DNA from: an uncultured Chloroflexia bacterium
Lineage (GTDB): Bacteria; Chloroflexota; Anaerolineae; Anaerolineales; E44-bin32
NCBI GenBank assembly: GCA_963807065.1
Contig: CAWDZQ010000001.1
Location: forward strand, 138,303 to 202,302
Length of the DNA: 64,000 nt
Direction of reading: 5' to 3'
Shown: positions 27,505 through 36,500 of the stretch, one piece after another
How the letters are laid out: each line of letters starts with the position of its first letter
Numbering within the stretch: position 1 is the first letter of the stretch
The notes under the pieces: model-generated
Seen by the model: the letters and a program-made list of their open reading frames with translations, nothing else
Database searches by the model: none
Told to the model about the DNA's origin: nothing
Position numbers and translations under genes: made by a program

Positions 27505-28377
27505 TTGATCACGCCTTCGACCTTCTCGATTGTCGCCTACGACCCACGATCCCGGGCCTGGGGTATTGCGGTCGCTTCCAAGTTCCCGGCCGTCGGAGCC
27601 GTGGTCCCGTGGGCGGAGGCCGGCGCCGGGGCGGTAGCCACCCAAGCTCATGCCAACACAACTTTTGGCCCGCAGGGATTGGCCTTGATGCGTGATGGGA
27701 CGTCGGCCGAGAAGGCCATGTCCGCCTTGCTCAGCCAGGACAGCGATCGGACCCTTCGGCAAGTGGGGATGGTCGATGCTCAGGGGCGCCCGGCCACATT
27801 CACCGGCCACGACTGTTTCGACTGGGCCGGTGGAACCACAGGGGATCACTTCGCTGCCCAGGGGAACATCCTGGTGGGCCCCCAGGTCGTAGCCGCGATG
27901 GCCTCTTCCTACCAAGCCGCTTCCGGCGAGCTGCCAGGCCGGCTGCTGGCCGCTCTGCAAGCTGGCGATCAGGCGGGGGGCGACCGCCGCGGACGTCAAA
28001 GCGCCGCCATTCTGGTGGTCAAGGCTGGAGCCGGCTACGCCGGATTCAATGATCGGTGGCTGGACTACCGTATCGATGACGACCACGATCCCATACCCCA
28101 CCTCGTCGACCTCGTTACCATTCACGACCTTTACTTCGGGGAAAGTGGACCTGAGGATCAATTGAAGATCGAGTCCAACGTCCTGGTGGAATTGAAGCGA
28201 TGGATGGCCGGTCAAGGCCTTTTCGATGGGAATCCGGATGACGTCTGGGATGATGCGACCAGGCACTCGCTGCGCCAGTTCATCGGCAACGAAAACTTCG
28301 AAGACCGCGCCGATCTCGGGGCCCGGCTGATCGACCGTCCAGTCTTCGAACACCTGCAGAGGAAGTTCAGCAAGTGA
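27505..28377 (+). CDS. DUF1028-family (Ntn-hydrolase-like) protein with a C-terminal peptidoglycan-binding-like repeat
   Basis: The N-terminal TFSIVAYDP...WGIAVASKFPAVG is typical of DUF1028. The C-terminal LKRWMAGQGLFDG...WDDATRHSLRQF resembles a PG-binding helix bundle. TTG start. Confidence 0.8.
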   Translation: MITPSTFSIVAYDPRSRAWGIAVASKFPAVGAVVPWAEAGAGAVATQAHANTTFGPQGLALMRDGTSAEKAMSALLSQDSDRTLRQVGMVDAQGRPATFTGHDCFDWAGGTTGDHFAAQGNILVGPQVVAAMASSYQAASGELPGRLLAALQAGDQAGGDRRGRQSAAILVVKAGAGYAGFNDRWLDYRIDDDHDPIPHLVDLVTIHDLYFGESGPEDQLKIESNVLVELKRWMAGQGLFDGNPDDVWDDATRHSLRQFIGNENFEDRADLGARLIDRPVFEHLQRKFSK

Positions 28378-28438
28378 CGGCCGGCAGCTTCTCAAAAGGC
28401 GCCTTGGCCGCCTCGCCACAGACCATGGTCTCCGCGGG

Positions 28439-29254
28439 GTGGCACTAATGCCGTCGCTCAGAGAGATGAATTCGCTGATCGTGGATCTGGACGGCGTGCT
28501 GTGGCGTGGCCCTGAGATGCTGCCGGGGGTCAAACCGTTTTTCGATTACCTCCAACTTGCTGGGATAAAGGTGCTCCTTGCTAGCAACAACTCGACCGCT
28601 CGGCCCGACGTCGTCCAGCAGCGACTCGAAAAGGTGGGCGTTGAGCTGCCCTCGAGGGCCATCCTGACCTCCGCCTTGGCGACAGCCGGCTATCTGGCGC
28701 GCACGCTGCCCGACAAGGCAAGAATCTTGATGATCGGCGAAGACGGCTTGGAACACGCTCTCATCCAGACCGGGTTCGCCTTGGTCAGCCGCGCCGAGGA
28801 GGCCCAGGCCGTCGTGGTTGGCATGGATCGCGCCGTGACCTACGACAAGTTGGCTGAGGCCACGCTTGCCATCCGCCGCGGCGCTGCCTTCGTCGGCACC
28901 AATCCGGATCGTACCTTCCCGACGCCCCGCGGCCTGGTCCCCGGCAATGGATCGCTGCTGGCCGCCATCCAGGCGGCTACCGACCAGGAGCCGACCATCG
29001 TCGGAAAGCCCGAGAGGCTGTACTTTGAACTCGCCCTCGAGAGACTGGGGTCGCTGGCCCAAACCACGTTGATGCTTGGCGACCGCCTCGACACCGACAT
29101 CCAGGGCGGCCACGACGTCGGGCTCAACACCTGCTTAGTCCTGACCGGGGTCACCGACCGAGCCGCCCTGTCCCGCAGTCAAGTCCAACCCACCTGGGTC
29201 TTTTCCGACCTGATTGAACTCACAGCTTCGCTCCGCCAGGCCAAAAATGCCTGA
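28439..29254 (+). CDS. HAD-IIA family sugar-phosphatase-like hydrolase (NagD type)
   Basis: IVDLDGVLWRG, LASNNS, KPE and LGDRLDTDIQGG motifs. The start could be ATG 28448. Confidence 0.85.
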   Translation: MALMPSLREMNSLIVDLDGVLWRGPEMLPGVKPFFDYLQLAGIKVLLASNNSTARPDVVQQRLEKVGVELPSRAILTSALATAGYLARTLPDKARILMIGEDGLEHALIQTGFALVSRAEEAQAVVVGMDRAVTYDKLAEATLAIRRGAAFVGTNPDRTFPTPRGLVPGNGSLLAAIQAATDQEPTIVGKPERLYFELALERLGSLAQTTLMLGDRLDTDIQGGHDVGLNTCLVLTGVTDRAALSRSQVQPTWVFSDLIELTASLRQAKNA

Positions 29255-30296
29255 GCGTCGCTTGGCGTTCGATCTCAGCCGGGACGATTGGTCCAACCTT
29301 GTGCGCGATTGGGACGAACCCGGCTTCCGGGCCGACCAGATCTGGACGGCGCTCTACCGAAACCTGGTATCTGAGGCATCCCGGATTACGACTTTGCCAT
29401 CTGCCCTTCGGGAAAGGCTGGCCGATCAATTCAGCTTCAGTTCTCTTCGCCCAACCGCCAGGCTGAAGTCATCGGACGGTGAAACGGACAAACTCCTGCT
29501 CGAGTCCCCGGATGGACGCTCCGTCGAGGCGGTGCTGATGCACTACAACACGCGGCGAACGGCCTGCATTTCGACGCAGGCAGGATGCGCCATGGGGTGC
29601 GTGTTTTGCGCCACCGGGCAGATGGGCTTCCAGCGCAACCTGACTTCAGGCGAGATCATCGAACAAGTGTTGGCCTTCGCTCGGATGCTTGCAGAGCAGG
29701 CTGATCGCCTGACGAATGTGGTGGTCATGGGCATGGGCGAGCCGATGCACAACTACGATGCCACGCTGGCCGCTTTGGACCAACTCAATCATCCCGATGG
29801 ATTCAACTTCGGGGCTCGACGCTTCACCGTTTCCACAGTGGGTCTTGTACCCAAGATCCGTCAGTTCACGACCGAAGGGCACCCCTACAACCTGGCTGTG
29901 TCCCTCCACGCCGCCACCGACGACCTGCGGGCCGAGCTGCTGCCCATTGCGCGCCATTATCCCTTGGACGTCTTGATCGACGCCTGCAGGGAGTACACAC
30001 TCGCCTCTGGCAGACGGATCACGTTCGAATGGGCTCTGATCGAGGGGGTCAACGACACCCCCGATCAGGCCCGGGCCCTGGCTCGGCTCGTGACCGGGAT
30101 GTTGTGCCATGTCAATCTGATCCCCCTCAACCCCACCCGGGGCTATGCGGGCGGGCCGACGCCCCTCGAGCGGGCACGTGCCTTTCAAAGCATCCTTGAA
30201 TCACGAGGCATACCGTGCACAATTCGTGTCCGCCGAGGCATCGACATCCAGGCAGGCTGTGGTCAGCTGGCAACCGAAAAACAAAACGCCCCTTAG
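29247..30296 (+). CDS. rlmN: 23S rRNA/tRNA (adenine-C2)-methyltransferase RlmN (radical SAM)
   Basis: Radical SAM box CAMGCVFCATG, NVVVMGMGEP and the C-terminal GIDIQAGCGQL. ATG 29247 overlaps the preceding stop. Confidence 0.93.
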   Translation: MPERRLAFDLSRDDWSNLVRDWDEPGFRADQIWTALYRNLVSEASRITTLPSALRERLADQFSFSSLRPTARLKSSDGETDKLLLESPDGRSVEAVLMHYNTRRTACISTQAGCAMGCVFCATGQMGFQRNLTSGEIIEQVLAFARMLAEQADRLTNVVVMGMGEPMHNYDATLAALDQLNHPDGFNFGARRFTVSTVGLVPKIRQFTTEGHPYNLAVSLHAATDDLRAELLPIARHYPLDVLIDACREYTLASGRRITFEWALIEGVNDTPDQARALARLVTGMLCHVNLIPLNPTRGYAGGPTPLERARAFQSILESRGIPCTIRVRRGIDIQAGCGQLATEKQNAP

Positions 30297-30346
30297 GGGC
30301 GCTCCTCGGACTTGCCATCGGGGGCACATGGCCCGACCGGCGAAGC

Positions 30347-31747
30347 TCAGGCGGCGAACCCGGCCCGGTGAAGCCGCTCGGCGGCTTCCACGCTTAGCGG
30401 AACTATCACCCTCACTCGAGACCCCCGGCCGGGGGTCGATTCAATCTTGAGGATGCCATTGACTAGTTCGGCTCGTTCTCGAAGATTGATCATCCCCATA
30501 CTTCCACGCTTCTCGTAGTCGGCTTCCACTTCCCCGACGTCAAAGCCTCGCCCATCATCCGCCACCTCGACCACCATCATGTCCCCATCCCGAGTCAGGC
30601 GAAGCCAGATATGATCGGCGCGGGCATGCTTGCGGGCATTGTTGGCGGCTTCTTCGACGATAAAGAAAACAACACCCTGTTTCCCAACCTCCAGGTCCTT
30701 CACCGCCAATTCCTCGGCCTCCACCACGACCTTTTGGTCGTGGTTCTCCATCATCTTGTCCGCAAGGTGATGCAGAGCCGGAACAAGGCCCTCGGATTCA
30801 AGAACGAGGGGACGCAGAGTGAATAGCATTTGGCGCATCTCTTTGGTGGTTCGCCGAGCCAACTCTTCGATCTTATACAGCTCGTCCGCTGCTGCCTTCG
30901 GGTCCCGTTCAAGGAGACGGCGGGCAAAATTGACGCGCATCCCTATGGCACCGATGGATTGGGTCGGGCCGTCGTGCAGATCCCGCGCCAGCTTCTTCTG
31001 CGCCTCTTCTTGTATCTCGGAGATGCGTTCCTTCTCCTGCTCCAATTCGTGATACAGGCGCGCGTTCTGAAGGCCAATCATCGCCTGCTGCGCAGCCAGA
31101 TCCATCAGCTCGATCCTGTCCGGGCGATCGAAAAAAGACGGTGTCGGATGAGCGAACAGAAGCACGCCATAGACATCCAGCCCGACGCCGAGGGGAATGA
31201 CCAGCGCCTGCCGCGTCGGCTGGAGGGCGGCGATGAACTGGAGCTCGGCGTCACGCGAGGGTTCGGAGCAAAGCCTTGCCTCGCATGCCGTGAGCGCATC
31301 CCCAAGAACGCCACTTCGCCCCGGAAGCGTCACACGGTTGTCCGCCTGCGAGAGGCCTCGGGCGGCGGCAACATACAACTCGTCTTCATTGAATAGGAAC
31401 AGCGCACTGACGATGCGCTGACCGCCATTTCCAGGATCCGAGAGGGCTGCCGTGCCCAGGTCGATCACCATATCCAGCACGCGCTCGTAGTTGAGGGTCG
31501 CCGTCATGGCCGCCGTCTTGCGTAGAACCAATCGCAGCCGTGCCACTTCCTCTTGGAGGTGGGCCACGCGTTCCGCATCCGTCTTGCCCAAACCATCCGC
31601 GGCCCTCGGGTCGTCTTGGGGCGCGTCGAGCAGCGACCGGAACCAGCCGGCCATGGCCAAGGCGCCCATCGCCAACCCAGACTGGATCAGGAGGGTGATG
31701 GCTTGCTGACTTGCGCCAATTTGGGTCAATCCGGAGCTCGGAATCAT
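30347..31747 (-). CDS. GAF-domain sensor histidine kinase (HisKA_3 / NarL-partner type)
   Basis: N-terminal TM helix, central GAF-like region, H-box ARDLHDGPTQS and HATPase N and G boxes (EEAANNARKHA; DDGRGF). Confidence 0.85.
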   Translation of the reverse strand: MIPSSGLTQIGASQQAITLLIQSGLAMGALAMAGWFRSLLDAPQDDPRAADGLGKTDAERVAHLQEEVARLRLVLRKTAAMTATLNYERVLDMVIDLGTAALSDPGNGGQRIVSALFLFNEDELYVAAARGLSQADNRVTLPGRSGVLGDALTACEARLCSEPSRDAELQFIAALQPTRQALVIPLGVGLDVYGVLLFAHPTPSFFDRPDRIELMDLAAQQAMIGLQNARLYHELEQEKERISEIQEEAQKKLARDLHDGPTQSIGAIGMRVNFARRLLERDPKAAADELYKIEELARRTTKEMRQMLFTLRPLVLESEGLVPALHHLADKMMENHDQKVVVEAEELAVKDLEVGKQGVVFFIVEEAANNARKHARADHIWLRLTRDGDMMVVEVADDGRGFDVGEVEADYEKRGSMGMINLRERAELVNGILKIESTPGRGSRVRVIVPLSVEAAERLHRAGFAA

Positions 31748-32044
31748 CTTGGGTGTGATCTTCTTTTAGACTCGGTCATTTTAACTTTAATCCGGTCGAT
31801 TGGGCAATCCATTCCCCGGAAAGGGTGGAGCATCTAAACTCCAGGCACACGCTAAGGGCCAAGGTTGGTCCAGCAATTCCATGGCTTTCTCCACGCGCTC
31901 TCAGTATGGCAGATCTCACCTCGCCATAACCTTACAGCCCGTTTACAGTCGTCGATTTTGAGCAGTTCGCCGCGGTAGCTGCCGGATTCTGGGCGGGGGT
32001 CTCCAGTCTTGTATTACGCATGGGGCGACGGTATCATTGACCTG

Positions 32045-32734
32045 ATGACCCCACCTGCCCTTATATCGGCTTCTATCTTGGCGGCGGATTTTACCAATCT
32101 GGGGGAAGCGATCCATGAAGCTGAGTCCGCCGGCGTCGATTGGATCCATCTCGACGTGATGGATGGTCACTTCGTCCCCAATCTGACCATGGGGCCGGCC
32201 ATTGTCCGCGCATGCCGGCGCGCAACCAGTTTGCCGTTGGATGTTCACCTGATGATCGAACAGCCGGAGCGACTGGTTCCAGACTTCATTGAAGCCGGGG
32301 CCGATTCCCTGACCGTTCACGTTGAAGCCGGCCCTAACCTCCATCGGACGTTGTCACAGATCCAGGAGTCCGGCTGCCGGGCCGGGGTGGCCATCAACCC
32401 TGGAACCCCTGCCGAGGCCCTTCGCACGGTCATCGGACAGGCGGATTTGGCGCTGGTGATGACCGTGGATCCAGGCTACGCCGGCCAATCCTTCATCGAG
32501 GCTTGTGTCGGGAAGGTAGACACCGTTCGCCGTCTGCGGGACGAGGTCGGAAGCCACGCGCTGATCCAAGTGGATGGTGGACTGAGTGAAACAACGGCCC
32601 CCAACGCGCTGCGTGCCGGGGCGCAGGTCTTCGTAGCCGCCAGCGCGATTTTCAAGCATCCCGACGGCATCAAAGTGGGCGTCGAGACCCTGCGAAGTTC
32701 CCTACAAGCCGCCGCGACCCAGGATCAGGGATGA
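32045..32734 (+). CDS. rpe: ribulose-phosphate 3-epimerase
   Basis: ISASILAADF ... DWIHLDVMDGHFVPN ... DVHLM ... VMTVDPGYAGQSF ... QVDGG. The start is set at ATG 32045. Confidence 0.93.
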   Translation: MTPPALISASILAADFTNLGEAIHEAESAGVDWIHLDVMDGHFVPNLTMGPAIVRACRRATSLPLDVHLMIEQPERLVPDFIEAGADSLTVHVEAGPNLHRTLSQIQESGCRAGVAINPGTPAEALRTVIGQADLALVMTVDPGYAGQSFIEACVGKVDTVRRLRDEVGSHALIQVDGGLSETTAPNALRAGAQVFVAASAIFKHPDGIKVGVETLRSSLQAAATQDQG

Positions 32735-32761
32735 AAACGGCCGCCGATTGCTCGGCGGCCG
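32734..32761 (-). terminator. rho-independent terminator of rpmB (the hairpin also closes rpe)
   Basis: Minus strand reads CGGCCGCC-8 nt-GGCGGCCG followed by TTTT. Confidence 0.55.
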
Positions 32762-32798
32762 AGGGCAACTCGTAGTGAGAGGACGAGTATCGTTGACG

Positions 32799-32978
32799 TC
32801 AGACCTTAGCCGTGCGTTTCAAGCACTTGCCGCACAGGATCTTTTGGACCTGGCGTCCGTTTTCCATGACTTTCACCTTGTGCAGGTTTGGCCGGAAGGT
32901 TCGCCGCGTCGCCCTCATAGAGAAGCTTCGATTATGACCGAAGGTGGTTATCTTACCGCAATGCTCACACTTTGCCAT
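32799..32978 (-). CDS. rpmB: 50S ribosomal protein L28
   Basis: Hand translation of the minus strand gives MAKCEHCGKITTFGHNRSFSMRATRRTFRPNLHKVKVMENGRQVQKILCGKCLKRTAKV (59 aa). GAGGAAAGG SD upstream. Absent from the ORF track because it is under 60 aa. Confidence 0.9.
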   Translation of the reverse strand: MAKCEHCGKITTFGHNRSFSMRATRRTFRPNLHKVKVMENGRQVQKILCGKCLKRTAKV

Positions 32979-33085
32979 CGACCGAGAATCCTTTCCTCGA
33001 TTGAGAATTCTTGCTCAAGCGGCGCTAATCTTACCACACATCACCCACCCCGTTCCTTCAGATCCCAAGCGAAAGCGTCCCTGTC

Positions 33086-33445
33086 ATGACTGCTGGTGAA
33101 GCAACCGCATTCGGTACCATCAGCATCTCGCCCCGCGCGATAGCAACCATCGCATGCCGGGCGGCGGCGCAGTCTTATGGCGTGGTAGGGATGGCTTCCA
33201 GGAACCTGATGACAGGTCTGGTGAACGTGCTTGCCGCCGATCCCACGTATGGCGTAGTGGTACGGGCCGAGCGCGAAAACATCGAGATCGATCTTTACAT
33301 TGTGGTCGAGTACGGCACACGGATCGCCACCGTAGCTCACAGCGTAGCCAATGCCGTCAAGTACCAGGTGGAAACGGCTATTGGTATGCCAGTCGCCTCG
33401 GTTGGCGTTCACGTGCAGGATCTGCGCGTGAGCAACACCGACTAA
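33086..33445 (+). CDS. Asp23/Gls24-family envelope stress protein
   Basis: ISPRAIATIA...YGVVGM ... DLYIVVEYG..I..VA..V...V are Asp23 hallmarks. Classic position divergent from rpmB. Confidence 0.9.
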   Translation: MTAGEATAFGTISISPRAIATIACRAAAQSYGVVGMASRNLMTGLVNVLAADPTYGVVVRAERENIEIDLYIVVEYGTRIATVAHSVANAVKYQVETAIGMPVASVGVHVQDLRVSNTD

Positions 33446-33454
33446 GCTGACAGG

Positions 33455-35146
33455 ATGACCTCCTTGACCGAAGTTACCCCGCGATTGCAGCAGCGCCTGT
33501 CCGCACGCTACGCCTGTGTGGACGGCCATGCACTTCGCCAGGGCGTCGAAGCCGGCTACGCTTGGCTAAGAACCAACCATGAGGTGGTGAACAACTTAAA
33601 TGTGTTCCCCGTCCCCGACGGAGATACCGGCACAAACATGATGCTGACCATGCAAGCCGCTTGGGCTGAGGTTCAAGCTCAGGAAGACGCGCCCCTGGGC
33701 ACGATCGCCAAAGCCGTGGCCCATGGCGCCCTGATGGGCGCCCGCGGCAACTCAGGCGTGATTCTTTCTCAGCTCTGGAGAGGCTTCGCCCGCGCCATCG
33801 ATGACAAGGACGAAATCGATGTTGCCGGCGTCGTTAAAGCCCTGGCAGAGGCGCGCGATACCGCATACAAAGGGGTCGTCCGCCCGGTTGAGGGAACCAT
33901 TCTGACCGTGTCCAAGGACGTAGCCCTGGCGGCTGAACACGCCTTGGGTTCCGGTGCAACCTCAACCCTTGAGCTGTTGGAAAGGGTCGTCAATGCAGCC
34001 GACGAGTTGGTGGCCCGTACACCGGACCTGCTCCCCATCTTGAAGCAAGCCGGAGTCGTTGACTTGGGGGGCATGGGCCTGTTCTTAATCCTCGAGGGCA
34101 TGCTCCGCTCCGCCTATGGGATGCCTCTGGATCAGGCCGAGCTGGCAACACAACCACTCCCCACCCTGGATTTCGAAGCCGCGCAGGAGTTTGCCGAGCC
34201 GGGGCAGGACTGGGAAGTCATCGTTGACTTCCGCCCCAAGGGCCAGTTGGACGTGGACGAGTTCTACAAGCGCCTTGAAGACATGGGGACATCGATTCAG
34301 GTGGGCGAAGGGGACGGGCTCTATCGAATGCACATTCACGTCCCCGATAACACCCAATACGATCCCATCGACTATGTGCGCGGGCTGGGCACCATCACCA
34401 AGGTCGCCATCGAGAACCTGATGGACCAGATCAACCCGGCACCGGGGTCGCCAGATGGCATCGAGCTACACACCGAGAACGCCGCCCGCGGCAGCGTGGG
34501 GGTGGTTGTGGTCGCCCCGGGTCCCGGCATTGGACGCGTCTTCACCAGCCTGGGGGCAGCGGCCGTGATCGAAGGCGGCCAGACGATGAACCCGAGCACC
34601 AAGCAGATCCTGTCCGCCATCGACCTCTTGGCCAGCGATGAAATCTTGATCCTGCCCAACAACAAGAACATCTTCATGGCGGCCAACCAAGCCGCCGAAT
34701 TGACAGTCAAGAAAGTGAAAGTCCTTCCGGCGCGGACCGTTCCCCAGGGAGTCTCGGCCATGCTTCGCCTGGACCGTCAGGCCGGGCTTGAGACCAACTT
34801 CCAGGTCATGACCGAGGCACTAAGCGACAGCAAGACCGGCGAGATCACCGTGGCCACGCGCAGCGTTGAGATCGACGGCGTCCACACTGAGGAGGGTCAG
34901 CTCATCGGCCTGCTCGAAGGGGAGCTGGTGGTTTGCGGCGATGAACTTGGCCCGACCCTTCTTTCGTTGCTCGAAGCCGCCGACGTGCAACAGGCGGAGC
35001 TGATCACTCTCTACTTCGGCAAGGATCTCTCAGCCCAGGAGGCGAATGCCCTGGCAGACACGGTGAGACATCGCTGGCCCGGCCTCGAAGTCGAGCTCGT
35101 GGATGGCGGCCAACCCCACTACTTGTTCATCTTGTCGCTCGAATGA
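33455..35146 (+). CDS. DAK2 (DhaL)-domain protein, YloV/FakA-like fatty acid kinase subunit
   Basis: NVFPVPDGDTGTNM, GARGNSGVILSQ and VEGTILTV. 563 aa, with the C-terminal domain typical of the YloV family. Confidence 0.9.
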   Translation: MTSLTEVTPRLQQRLSARYACVDGHALRQGVEAGYAWLRTNHEVVNNLNVFPVPDGDTGTNMMLTMQAAWAEVQAQEDAPLGTIAKAVAHGALMGARGNSGVILSQLWRGFARAIDDKDEIDVAGVVKALAEARDTAYKGVVRPVEGTILTVSKDVALAAEHALGSGATSTLELLERVVNAADELVARTPDLLPILKQAGVVDLGGMGLFLILEGMLRSAYGMPLDQAELATQPLPTLDFEAAQEFAEPGQDWEVIVDFRPKGQLDVDEFYKRLEDMGTSIQVGEGDGLYRMHIHVPDNTQYDPIDYVRGLGTITKVAIENLMDQINPAPGSPDGIELHTENAARGSVGVVVVAPGPGIGRVFTSLGAAAVIEGGQTMNPSTKQILSAIDLLASDEILILPNNKNIFMAANQAAELTVKKVKVLPARTVPQGVSAMLRLDRQAGLETNFQVMTEALSDSKTGEITVATRSVEIDGVHTEEGQLIGLLEGELVVCGDELGPTLLSLLEAADVQQAELITLYFGKDLSAQEANALADTVRHRWPGLEVELVDGGQPHYLFILSLE

Positions 35147-36031
35147 GAAACTCGCGGGTTCGCATCGTCACCGACTCCTCCGCCCGATTTCCCGACCCCA
35201 AGTTATGGGAACACTCCCTGCTCACACCGGTTGAATTCACCATCCGGCAATCCCAGGAAAGGCGCGCAGAGGTCCCCGGTTCAAGTATGGAGGCCTACCG
35301 AGACCTCTTCATTGAGGACGGCGAGCCCACTGTGGCGGAGGATCCCGGGCTGGCTCGTTTTGTTCGAACGTATCAGAAGCTGCATCAAGACACGGACCAG
35401 ATCATTTCCATTCACACGGCTTCTGCGGCCAGCCAGGCATACGCGCACGCCCTGATGGCTAGCGAGCAGCTCCTCGGCCGATGCGAAATTCAGGTCATTG
35501 ACTCCCAGACCATGTCTTTTGGGCTGGGTCTGCTGGCCCAAGCGGCCATCCTTGCCGCCGAAGCCGGCCAATCCTTCGAAGACATCGTTCGGGTCGTGCG
35601 CGGGATGATTCCTCGGCTCTACACGATCTTCTTCCTGGAGGACCTGTCCCATCTGCATCGGCATGGGCTCGTGACCCGATCGCAGGCCATTCTGGGAAAC
35701 ATGCTGGGGGTGATTGCCTTCTTGACGATGGAAGACGGTCGATTGATCCCAATGGAGAAGGTTCGCTCCCGCCCGCGCGCTCGAGAAGCTGATCGAATTC
35801 GTGGCTGAATTCTCCGATCTCGAGCATATCGCCGTCTTGCATGGCCTTCGCCACAACCAGGATGACCTCAATTGGCTTGAGGAAAGGCTCAATGCGCTCC
35901 ACCCGGGCGTGCCGATCAGTCATGCCGACTATGGCCCGACGATGGGAACGCTGGTTGGAACGGACAGTCTGGGTGTGATCGTTCTGGAAAAGAACGGTCG
36001 GTACTCGGGGTCTGGCCAAATCCTGAGGTAA
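35143..36031 (+). pseudogene. DegV-family fatty-acid-binding protein (FakB-like) with its reading frame interrupted; a +1 shift is needed near 35765-35785
   Basis: ORF 35143..35808 (frame 1) holds the DegV N-terminal two thirds. ORF 35801..36031 (frame 2) holds the DegV C-terminus. Frame 2 is open from 35747 and reads ...ALEKLIEFVAEFSDLEHIAVLHG. The 889-nt span equals 3n+1. Confidence 0.85.
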
Positions 36032-36168
36032 GCTGCCGCGCTCAGGCTCATTTTCCCGGACCCGGGCGCGCAAAGGCGCCCGATGGTATCATTGGCACCC
36101 GCTAGGTACTCTCGCTGGCAATGGGCCGGTCACCTGACAAATGGAATCAATTGAAACAGCTACCCCAC

Positions 36169-36500
36169 ATGAATCCAGCCATTGACAAACTTGCCAAATA
36201 CATTGAACTCGAGTGCCAACGTGGGTTCGACAATAAGGCAGTGATGGGCGGCCTCAATCGAATGTTGGACCCCTGGCGTTCGGACGCGGAGGCCTCCGGC
36301 CTGGATCCGACCGTGATTGAAGCCGTGATGACCCGATTGAGAGACTACCCGGGTCTCACCGCCAAATCCAGGAAAGAGGCTCTCCAGGGACTTTGGGCCC
36401 GTTTGTCAAGGGAAGAAGACGATTTGGGAGCCTTCCCTGTGGCTTCGGAAGGGGACGAAGAGCCTGCAACGGCGTCTGAACCAGCCGATGACGAACCAGA
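36169..36500 (+). CDS. conserved-looking ORF, probably the N-terminal extension of RecG (frame 1), separated from recG by a +1 frame break
   Basis: MNPAIDKLAKYIELECQRGFDNKAVMGGLNRMLDPW... reads like real protein up to an acidic linker. After ~36500 the frame-1 product becomes R/P/G/S-rich junk that overlaps recG for 250 nt. Confidence 0.45.

Noticed and set aside
26569-28533. 654-aa minus-strand ORF, the longest unexplained ORF in the track
   Set aside because: It runs antisense to clpX and the DUF1028 gene, both of which have unmistakable family motifs. Its product is R/G/A/P-rich low-complexity sequence with no recognisable domain. This is the typical shadow ORF of a GC-rich genome.
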